A DNA stretch of 64,000 bases from Candidatus Rokuibacteriota bacterium (GTDB lineage Bacteria > Methylomirabilota > Methylomirabilia > Rokubacteriales > DASRDR01). The DNA is taken from contig JBIOTN010000057.1 of the NCBI GenBank assembly GCA_044866005.1, positions 1 through 64,000 of the forward strand, in the 5' to 3' direction. The notes below the pieces were generated by a model. The model was not told where the DNA came from and did no database searches. It saw only the letters and a program-made list of their open reading frames with translations. Positions 1 through 7,387 of the stretch are shown here, one piece after another (the stretch's first letter is position 1; the number at the start of each line of letters is the position of its first letter). The translations under genes were made by a program, and so were the position numbers.

Positions 1-1059
1 GCCGTCCCGGCGCGCGCCGCCGCCGGGTGCGCCGACGGCGGCGGCGCGACGGCGCCCGCGGCCTGGCTCGACGCCCTCGGCATCCGGGACGCCCGGCTCG
101 TCCTGTTCGCGGGGAAGGGCGGGGTCGGCAAGACCACCTGCGCGGCGACCGCCGCCCTCGCGCTCGCCGCGGCGGCCCCCACGCGGCGCGTCCTGCTCCT
201 CTCGACCGATCCGGCGCATTCGCTCGGGGACGCGCTGGCGGTGCCGCTGTCGGACGAGGACCGGCCCCTGGCGGGCGCCCCGCCGCGGCTCCGCGCCCGC
301 GAGCTCGACGCGGACCGCGCGTTCCGGCGCCGGCGCGAGGCGTACCGGGCCGCGGTGGACGCGCTCTTCGACGCGGTCCGGCGGAGATCGGGGCTCGACG
401 CGGCGTTCGATCGGGCAGTGGTGCAGGACCTCATCGACCTCGCGCCGCCGGGCGTGGACGAGCTGTTCGCGGTCCTCTCGGTCGCCGAGGCGCTCGTCCC
501 GGGGCCGGGGCGGCCCGCCCGGTACGACGCCGTCGTCGTGGATACCGCGCCGACCGGGCACACCCTCCGGCTCCTCGCGCTGCCCGGCGCGGCGCTCGCG
601 TGGGTGCGCGCGCTGCTCGCGACCCTGCTCAAGTACCGCGAGGTGATCCGCCTGGGCGACCTCGCCGAGGACCTCGTCGCGCTCTCGCGCGACCTCCGGG
701 CGCTCGAGGCGCTGCTGCACGACGCCCGGGACAGCCGGGTCGTCGTCGTGACGCGGGCCGCCGCGGTGCCGCGGCTGGAGACGGCGCGGCTCCTGGAGCG
801 GCTTCCGGCGCTCGGCATCGCCCTCGCCGCCCTGATCGTGAACGCCGTCACGCCCCCCGGCGCGCCGCGATGTCGGCGCTGCGAGCAGGCGGCCATGGTC
901 GAGGCGCGAGAGATCGAGACTCTCCACGAGGAGTGCCGCGCGCGGGCGCCGGATGGGTGCGCGCTCCTGCTGGCGCCGGCCGTCGCCCCGCCGCCGCGCG
1001 GGATCCGCGCCCTCACGCGGTGGGGTCTCCGGTGGGCGCCGCGAGGAGCCGGCGCATGA
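1..1059 (+). CDS. ArsA/GET3-family ATPase (5'-truncated by window edge), gvp-cluster associated
   Basis: Frame +1 is open from base 1: Walker A GKGGVGKTT, LLSTDPAHSL, switch II DTAPTGH, C-terminal CRRC. Stop overlaps the next ATG (ATGA). Confidence 0.9.
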   Translation, partial: AVPARAAAGCADGGGATAPAAWLDALGIRDARLVLFAGKGGVGKTTCAATAALALAAAAPTRRVLLLSTDPAHSLGDALAVPLSDEDRPLAGAPPRLRARELDADRAFRRRREAYRAAVDALFDAVRRRSGLDAAFDRAVVQDLIDLAPPGVDELFAVLSVAEALVPGPGRPARYDAVVVDTAPTGHTLRLLALPGAALAWVRALLATLLKYREVIRLGDLAEDLVALSRDLRALEALLHDARDSRVVVVTRAAAVPRLETARLLERLPALGIALAALIVNAVTPPGAPRCRRCEQAAMVEAREIETLHEECRARAPDGCALLLAPAVAPPPRGIRALTRWGLRWAPRGAGA

Positions 1060-1844
1060 AGCGGCCGCCGGCGACGGCGACGTACCTCTACTGCCTGGTG
1101 CGGGCGCCGAGGCGGCCGGACCTGGGGAAGGCGCCCCGTGGCCTTCCCGGCCTCGCCCCGCCGCGCGCGCTCCCGGCCGGGGACCGGCTGTGGCTCGTGG
1201 CGGGGGACGCGCCGCTCTCCCGCTACGGCGCCGACGCGATCGCCCGCGGCCTCCGCGACCTCACGTGGGTCTCGACCCGCGCGCTGGCCCACGAGCAGGT
1301 CGTGGAGCACTGCACGCGGGCCGGCACGGTCGTCCCCATGAAGCTCTTCACGCTCTTCACGAGCGACGCGCGCGCCGTTCGCCACATCCAGCGCGCGCGG
1401 CCCGGCCTCACCCGACTCCTCGCGCGGCTCGCCGGCCGGCAGGAGTGGGGCGTGCGGCTGGGCTTCGATCCCATCCGTGCGGCCGCCGCCGCGCGCGGGG
1501 CGCGGCGGCGGGACGCCGGCCGGAGCCCGGGCCGGGACTTCCTCCTCCGGAAGCGGGCCGAGCAGGACGCCGCCCGACGCCTCGCGGCCCGCGCCCAGCG
1601 CGAGGCGACTGGCCTCTTCCGCGAGCTGGCGCGAGCGGCGACCGAAGCGCGGCGCCGGCCCATCGTGACGTCGGACCCCGCCGCGCGCGTGCTCCTCGAC
1701 GCCGCGTTCCTCGTCCCCGCGGGGCGGGCGGCGCGCTTCCGCGCCGCCGTCCGACGCCTGAAGCGGCGCCTCGGACCTGCCGGGTACGAGGTGACGCTGA
1801 CCGGGCCGTGGCCGCCCTACAACTTCCTCGCGGAGCGCGCGTGA
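1056..1844 (+). CDS. GvpL/GvpF-family gas vesicle protein
   Basis: YLYCLV at the N-terminus, HEQVVE...TVVPMKLFTLF, QEWGVR, C-terminal TGPWPPYNF. ATGA overlap with the upstream gene. Confidence 0.88.
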   Translation: MKRPPATATYLYCLVRAPRRPDLGKAPRGLPGLAPPRALPAGDRLWLVAGDAPLSRYGADAIARGLRDLTWVSTRALAHEQVVEHCTRAGTVVPMKLFTLFTSDARAVRHIQRARPGLTRLLARLAGRQEWGVRLGFDPIRAAAAARGARRRDAGRSPGRDFLLRKRAEQDAARRLAARAQREATGLFRELARAATEARRRPIVTSDPAARVLLDAAFLVPAGRAARFRAAVRRLKRRLGPAGYEVTLTGPWPPYNFLAERA

Positions 1845-2131
1845 GGCGCCGCGGCGGACGCCGGCCGTCGCGGCGCGGACCGTCGGCCCTCATCCGGGAC
1901 GCGGACGCCTCGCTGCTCGACCTCGTCGACCACCTCCTGACCAGAGGGCTGTTCGTGACCGGCGACGTGGTGCTGGGCCTGGCGGACGTGGACCTCATCT
2001 ACCTCCGGCTGTCCGTGCTCCTCGCCGCGGCCGACCGCGTCCTGGAGGGCGCGTCGGGCCGCCGCCGCCGCCCCACCGGGACGGTCCCACCGACCTCCGC
2101 GCCCGGAGCGCGCCGGATGGGGCCGCGATGA
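1841..2131 (+). CDS. GvpA/GvpJ/GvpS-family gas vesicle protein
   Basis: SLLDLVDHLLTRGLFVTGDVVLGLADVDLIYLRLSVLL matches the GvpA-family core. GTGA overlap. Confidence 0.85.
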   Translation: MRRRGGRRPSRRGPSALIRDADASLLDLVDHLLTRGLFVTGDVVLGLADVDLIYLRLSVLLAAADRVLEGASGRRRRPTGTVPPTSAPGARRMGPR

Positions 2132-2820
2132 GCCCGCTCTACCTCTACGCGCTTCTCGGCGCGCGGCCCCGGCGCGCGCCCGGCCGGGGCCTGCGCCGGG
2201 AGCCCGTGCGGATCCTGCCGGTGCGCGATCTGTTCGTCGCCGCCGGGAAGATGCCCGCGGCCCCGCCGGTCGCCCGCGCCACGCTGCGAGGGCACGACGC
2301 GACGGTCCGGCGGCTCGCGGCCTCGGTCGACGCGCTCCTGCCCGCCCGCTTCGGCGCGGTCGTCGCCGACGAGGCCGCGCTCGCGCGGCTCCTCGGGCCG
2401 CGGGCGGCCCGCCTCCGCCGGACGCTCGAGCTGGTCGCGGGGCGCGAGCAGATGACGCTCCGCGTGTACGCGGCGGGCCGGGTCGCCGCCCCGAGCCGGC
2501 GCCTGCCGCCGGGCCGCAGCTTCGGCCGCGGACCGGGCGCGCGCTATCTGTCGAGCCGGCTCCGCGCCCACGCCCGCGCGCAGCACGTGCCGGAGATCGA
2601 GCCGGTTCGGGCGGCGCTCGCCGGTCTCGTGCGGGCGGAGCGCGTGGAACGGCACGCCGAGCCGCCGCTCCTCGCGACGGTCTACCACCTCGTGGACCGC
2701 GGGGCCAGCCGCCGCTACCTCGCCGCGATCCGGCCGGCGGCGCGGCGGCTCCGGGGGATCCGGGTGAGGGCGAGCGGCCCCTGGCCGCCGTACGGCTTCG
2801 CCGCGGAGGGCGTGGAATGA
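2128..2820 (+). CDS. GvpL/GvpF-family gas vesicle protein
   Basis: LYLYALL, HDATV...LLPARFG, SGPWPPYGFA. Confidence 0.85.
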   Translation: MSPLYLYALLGARPRRAPGRGLRREPVRILPVRDLFVAAGKMPAAPPVARATLRGHDATVRRLAASVDALLPARFGAVVADEAALARLLGPRAARLRRTLELVAGREQMTLRVYAAGRVAAPSRRLPPGRSFGRGPGARYLSSRLRAHARAQHVPEIEPVRAALAGLVRAERVERHAEPPLLATVYHLVDRGASRRYLAAIRPAARRLRGIRVRASGPWPPYGFAAEGVE

Positions 2821-3167
2821 GGCGAGGGCCGGTGGTCAAGATGAAGGTCCGCGAGCTTCGCGCCCTGCGCGCCGAGCTCGAGCGGCGCACGGCCCGCGCC
2901 GCGCCCGCCCGCTGGAACGCGGATCCCGAGGACGTCGAGCGGGCGGTGGCCCGGCTCGTGCTGACCCTCGTCGAGTTCCTGCGTCAGCTCCTCGAACGGC
3001 AGGCGATCCGGCGGATGGAGGCCGGCACGCTGGCGCCGGCCGAGGTGGAAGCCGTCGGCCTCGCGCTGATGCGGCTGGAATCCACCATCCGGGCGATGGC
3101 ACGGCGGTTCGGCCTGCGTCCGGGGGAGCTGAACCTGGAGCTCGGCCCGCTGGGCCGACTGCTCTGA
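2817..3167 (+). CDS. gvpK: Gas vesicle protein GvpK
   Basis: LVLTLVEFLRQLLERQAIRRME...LNLELGPLGRLL is the GvpK signature. Start could be 2841. Confidence 0.92.
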   Translation: MRRGPVVKMKVRELRALRAELERRTARAAPARWNADPEDVERAVARLVLTLVEFLRQLLERQAIRRMEAGTLAPAEVEAVGLALMRLESTIRAMARRFGLRPGELNLELGPLGRLL

Positions 3168-3173
3168 TCGCCC

Positions 3174-3193
3174 CTTAGGGGGAGCCCCCTAAG
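3174..3193. terminator. Hairpin after gvpK, possible terminator
   Basis: CTTAGGGGG-AG-CCCCCTAAG inverted repeat right after the stop; no U-tract. Confidence 0.4.
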
Positions 3194-3232
3194 CTGGCTT
3201 CCCCTCAGGCGCCAGCCCGCCGCCCGGCCGGG

Positions 3233-3287
3233 TGTCCGCCTGTGCACAGAGCCCGACACTCGGACGCGGGATGTCTCGCGCCCGACA
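3233..3287 (+). promoter_or_regulatory. Two TGT-N10-ACA enhancer-like sites
   Basis: TGT-ccgcctgtgc-ACA (3233-3248) and TGT-ctcgcgcccg-ACA (3272-3287), upstream of a -24/-12 promoter. Confidence 0.5.
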
Positions 3288-3352
3288 GGGTGCACGGAAG
3301 CGAGTGTCGCGCAACTCCGCGTCGTTTCAGGCCCGGGCCGTCACGCAGCGGC

Positions 3353-3368
3353 TGGTACGCCAGTTGCT
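3353..3368 (+). promoter_or_regulatory. sigma54 (-24/-12) promoter
   Basis: TGGTACGCCAGTTGCT: exact GG-N10-GC spacing with TTGCT, about 50 nt before ATG 3418. Confidence 0.75.
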
Positions 3369-3417
3369 GGAATCGGGTTCCTCTTCGAGGCAGCAAAATT
3401 TGCACGGGAGGGCGCGA

Positions 3418-3918
3418 ATGAGCGCGACGCCAAGCCCGGCCCCCGGCGGCCAGGGCGCCGCTCGACTCTTGATCGTCGATCACGAGCCCTCCACCCGCCA
3501 GCTCTTGCGCGAGTTCCTGGCCGGCGCCGGCTTCCCCAGCGACGAGGCCTCCGACGCGTGGACGGCGCTGGAGCGCCTGGCCGGCGATCGGCCCGCGGCG
3601 GTCGTCCTCCACGACCACGTCCCCGGCGAGCAAGGGCTCGAGATCCTGCAACTCCTCCGGGCCCATCATCCCGACCTCCCGGTCGTTTTCATCGCTCAGT
3701 TCGGCGGCGTCGACACCCGCGCCGCGGCCGCTCGGCTGGCCCCCACCGAGTACCTGCCCAAGCCGTTCCGCGTCGCGGAGCTGCTCGCCACCGTCCGGCG
3801 CACCGTCGGGATCGAGCCGGCCGCCTCCCGGCGGAGGCGAGTGCCCGTGCGCCTCCGCCAGCGAGCCCGGCCTAACCGAGAGTCGATCGCAAGAGAGCCC
3901 GGGCGCCGCTCCGCCTGA
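3418..3918 (+). CDS. Stand-alone response regulator receiver (atypical)
   Basis: RLLIVDHEP...VVLHDHVP...YLPKPF receiver fold; GGGAGG RBS before ATG 3418. Confidence 0.8.
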   Translation: MSATPSPAPGGQGAARLLIVDHEPSTRQLLREFLAGAGFPSDEASDAWTALERLAGDRPAAVVLHDHVPGEQGLEILQLLRAHHPDLPVVFIAQFGGVDTRAAAARLAPTEYLPKPFRVAELLATVRRTVGIEPAASRRRRVPVRLRQRARPNRESIAREPGRRSA

Positions 3919-4027
3919 ATCGCGGCAGAACCTTGACGACCGTCCTCCGGCCGCTCTGTGTCCGCGCGCGACGGCGCCATGCGCCGGGGCGGCGCGGGCA
4001 TCCCACCGCCCCCCCGGGAGGCCCGGC

Positions 4028-5629
4028 CTGACCCCCTCGCGGGTCCTGTTCATCGCCGAGGACCGCGCCCGGGTCGGCGTGTTCGCGGGGGCCATACGCG
4101 CGCGCCTCGGCGAGCTTCGGCTCGACGTCTCCGACGCCCCCCAGGCGGCGCTCGAGCGGCTACTCACCATGGAATACGACGTGATCGTCGCCGAGGCGCC
4201 CAGCGGGGAGCCCGAGGGCGGCGGCCTCATCGCCGGGATCCGCGAGCGACGCCCCGCCACGCCGATCCTGGTCCTCGCGCGGAAGGCCGACCCGGGACTG
4301 GCGCTCCGGGCCCTCCGTGACGGGGCCTATGACGTGGTCGAGGCGACGGTCGAGCCGGACGAACTCGTCGCGGCGCTGCGCCGAGGCCTGACGCTCCGTG
4401 AACGGGCCCGGCGCATGGAGGAGGAGCGGGCGGCCCTGGAGCGCCACGCCGCCACGCTCGAACGGGCCCTGGCCGAGGGCGCGCAGGCGCTCCGCGAGGC
4501 GAACCGGGCCCGCGACGACTTCCTGGCCCTCGTGTCGCACGAGCTGCGGACGCCGCTGACGCCAATCCTCACGTGGAGCGAGATCCTCAAGCGCGAGCCG
4601 GACGCGCCGCGGGCTCGCGAGGCCGCGGACGTCATCGAGCGGAACGTCCGGGTCCAGATCGCCCTGGTCGAGGACCTCCTGGACCTCGCCCGCGTCACGC
4701 AGAGCAAGCTGACGCTGGAAGTCCAGCGCCACGACCTTCGCGCCATCGTGCGCTCGGCGCTCGACGCGGTCGCGGGCACCGCGCGCGACAAGGGGATCGA
4801 CGCGACGTGGACGGAGCCGAGCCTGCCCGCGCTCGTGGACGCGGACGCCGGCCGGCTGGGGCACGTCTTCTGGCACGTGTTGATGAACGCCGTGAAGTTC
4901 ACTCCCGGGGGCGGTCGGATCACGGTGGCGCTCGAGACCGAGGGGGACCGGGCGCTCGTGCAGATCCGCGACACGGGGGTCGGGATCCATCCGCGGTTCC
5001 TCCCGCACGTCTTCGAGGTCTTCCGGCAACAGGAGGAAGGGGCTCGCCGCCAGTACGGCGGGCTCGGGATCGGCCTGGCCATCGCCAGGCACCTGGTCGA
5101 GCTTCACTACGGGACGATCGAGGTCAGGAGCGCCGGCGTCGACCGTGGCACGGAGGTCCTGGTGCGGCTCCCGGTCGCGGCCGCGCAGCCGCAGACACCG
5201 GAGCGCGAGGGGGCGGAAGGCCCCGCGGCCTCGCGGCTCGACGGTCTCGCCATTCTCGTCGTCGAGGACAGCCTGGACACGAGCGAGGCGACGCGGCTCC
5301 TCCTCGAAGACCTCGGGGCCCGCGTCACGGTGGCGAAGAACGGCCTCGACGCGCTGGAGGCGCTCGCCGGCCACGAGCCCGACGTGATCCTCTGCGACCT
5401 GCGGATGCCGGGACTCGACGGCTTCGAGTTCATCCGGCGGCTGCGGGCCGATCCCCGCCAGGGCCAGGTGCCGGTGGTCGCCGTCTCCGGCTTCGCGAGC
5501 AGCGCCGACGTCAAGCGGACCCGCGAGGCGGGGTTCGACGCGCACGTGTCGAAGCCGTTCGACTACGCCGCCTTGCTCGGCGCGCTGCGCCGCGCGACCG
5601 GCCGTCCCCGCTACCGACGCGCCTCCTGA
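4028..5629 (+). CDS. Hybrid sensor histidine kinase (REC-HisKA-HATPase-REC)
   Basis: VSHELRTPLTP H-box, NAVKFT, DTGVGI, GGLGIGL, C-terminal receiver CDLRMP...SKPF. Start placed at CTG 4028 behind GGGAGG (ORF track gives 4079). Confidence 0.9.
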   Translation: MTPSRVLFIAEDRARVGVFAGAIRARLGELRLDVSDAPQAALERLLTMEYDVIVAEAPSGEPEGGGLIAGIRERRPATPILVLARKADPGLALRALRDGAYDVVEATVEPDELVAALRRGLTLRERARRMEEERAALERHAATLERALAEGAQALREANRARDDFLALVSHELRTPLTPILTWSEILKREPDAPRAREAADVIERNVRVQIALVEDLLDLARVTQSKLTLEVQRHDLRAIVRSALDAVAGTARDKGIDATWTEPSLPALVDADAGRLGHVFWHVLMNAVKFTPGGGRITVALETEGDRALVQIRDTGVGIHPRFLPHVFEVFRQQEEGARRQYGGLGIGLAIARHLVELHYGTIEVRSAGVDRGTEVLVRLPVAAAQPQTPEREGAEGPAASRLDGLAILVVEDSLDTSEATRLLLEDLGARVTVAKNGLDALEALAGHEPDVILCDLRMPGLDGFEFIRRLRADPRQGQVPVVAVSGFASSADVKRTREAGFDAHVSKPFDYAALLGALRRATGRPRYRRAS

Positions 5630-5705
5630 CCCGACCGCGGCGGGCCCGGCTCGCGGGTCCGCGGCCACCCCGCCCGAGGCCAGGCCCTCTCCCCGAGCCG
5701 CGGGA

Positions 5706-6128
5706 TCAGCGGCTGCCGCGCAGCACGAACGAAAACTGGCCCTCGGCCACGTGCCCGTCGACCGACAGCACGCGGAACTTCACCGTGTAGGTGCCGCGCG
5801 CGAGGGCGGGAAGGCTGACGGAGAGCTGCGCGGGATCCTCGGGCAGGACCCGGACGTCTCGGAGATCGACCCGCGCGCCCTGCGCGTCCCAGACCGAGAG
5901 CTGAGCGAAGGCCGGCTCGAGCCGCTCGCTGAACCAGAGCCGAACCTGGTCGGGCGGCCGCACGAGGACGGCTCGGCGCGCGGGCAACGACTTGACGAGC
6001 AGGGCGTGGGCGCCCGTCGCGGCCGGCGCCAGGACGAGCAGCGCCAGCAGTCCCAGGACGAGGACGCGACGGGCCGGCGGCTCGGTGCGGGCCGCGAGGT
6101 GACGGGCGCCCGACGGCTCCGAGCTCAG
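5706..6128 (-). CDS. copC: CopC-family copper-binding periplasmic protein
   Basis: Signal peptide then HALLVKSLP...FSERLEP...LSVDGH. Start uncertain; CTG overlapping the upstream TGA is proposed. Confidence 0.85.
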   Translation of the reverse strand: MSSEPSGARHLAARTEPPARRVLVLGLLALLVLAPAATGAHALLVKSLPARRAVLVRPPDQVRLWFSERLEPAFAQLSVWDAQGARVDLRDVRVLPEDPAQLSVSLPALARGTYTVKFRVLSVDGHVAEGQFSFVLRGSR

Positions 6129-6501
6129 TTGCAGCGCTTGAAGAGGACGACCCAGAGCTTCACGGGCCGATCGCTTTCGTTCCGCGCGTCGTGCGGAGTG
6201 CCGCCCGCGAGCCACCGGGCCGTGCCCGCCGACAGGAGCTCCCGTCCGCTGTCCGTGACGAGAGTCAGCTCGCCCTCGACGACGATCCCCATTTCCGTCT
6301 CAGCGCCGACGTGGCGCCCCGACGCGGCGCCGGGGGAAAGATGAGCAGGATCACGCTGACGCTGTCGTTGTCCAGCGCCACGCGCTGCTCGATGAGCCCC
6401 TGGGGCTCCTGCCCGGTCGCGACACGCGAGAGCGCCAGCAACGCCACCAGCGCGCCCAGCCGAATCGCGCCACCCAACCCGATCCACCCGGTTCCTTTCA
6501 C
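6125..6501 (-). pseudogene. Exported cupin-domain protein with a frameshift at a homopolymer (plus-strand G5 at 6332-6336)
   Basis: The N-part (signal peptide...VILLIFP) and the C-part (PGAASGRH...EMGIVVEGELTL...PHDARN) lie in different frames; one extra C on the coding strand joins them. Confidence 0.75.
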
Positions 6502-6554
6502 GGGACGTCCTCCGGCTACGACGCGCGTGGGGCTGTTCGCGACGCTGCGCTCGC

Positions 6555-6977
6555 TCAGCGCGCCGGCTGCACGGGAAACCCGCGCTTCGTCCAGCCGCTA
6601 AACCCGTCATCGAGGACCGCCACGTTCCGATAGCCACGTGCCACCAGCCTGACGTACGCGTCCTCGCCCTCCCGCGTGGAGTCGCCGTACAGGATCACGC
6701 GACCGGCCCGCGGAATCTCCTCGAGCCGGCGCTCGAACTCGGGCAGCGGAAGCGAGCGCGCGCCGGGCAGGTGCGCGGTCCGGTAGGCCGTGACCGGCCG
6801 GAGATCGACGAGGACGACCGGCTCGCCGGCATCCATCAGGCGCTTGACGTAGTCGGGGTCGTGGGTGAAGAAGATGCCTCCCGCGCCGTGGCCGCCGAGC
6901 GCGAGCGCCGGCGCCAGGGTCAGCAGCGGGACGGCGAAGGTGAGCGCGCGGCGCCACCACGGAGCGGGGCGGCTCAC
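6555..6977 (-). CDS. Exported rhodanese-like domain protein
   Basis: VDLRP...HLPGARSLP...VILYGD...LDDGFSGW. GTGA overlap with the upstream gene. Confidence 0.85.
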   Translation of the reverse strand: MSRPAPWWRRALTFAVPLLTLAPALALGGHGAGGIFFTHDPDYVKRLMDAGEPVVLVDLRPVTAYRTAHLPGARSLPLPEFERRLEEIPRAGRVILYGDSTREGEDAYVRLVARGYRNVAVLDDGFSGWTKRGFPVQPAR

Positions 6978-7384
6978 GGCTGGCCTTCCTTCTGGATGGC
7001 GACGAGAGCGAGCCGTCCCTCGCCCTCCTTGACCGTGAAGCGCACGCGATCGCCCGGTGCGAGCCCGTTCAGGATCCTCGGGTTCTCCGCCTCGAAGAGC
7101 ATGGTCATGGCGGGCATGAGGCCGGGCAGGGCCTCGTGCGTCAGCATGACGATGCCGGCGCGGCGCTGAACCGCCCGGACGATCCCCTGGACGGTCCATG
7201 AGCGCGCGCCGCCGCCTTGCCCGGCTCCCGCCGTCTCGGGCGTCTTGGCGCGGGTTTCCGCCTCCCGGGCGCGCGTGAGCTCCTGGCGGAGCCGGCGCAC
7301 CTCCTGGCCCCACCAGAGCGCCCCGCCGCCGGCGCCAATCGCGAGGGCGAGGTTCACGAGGACGACGACCTTCCACACGCGCAT
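6974..7384 (-). CDS. CusF-like copper-binding protein
   Basis: N-terminal membrane anchor; HEALPGLMPAMTMLF...GDRVRF CusF-type His/Met motif. Confidence 0.82.
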   Translation of the reverse strand: MRVWKVVVLVNLALAIGAGGGALWWGQEVRRLRQELTRAREAETRAKTPETAGAGQGGGARSWTVQGIVRAVQRRAGIVMLTHEALPGLMPAMTMLFEAENPRILNGLAPGDRVRFTVKEGEGRLALVAIQKEGQP

Positions 7385-7387
7385 GAG

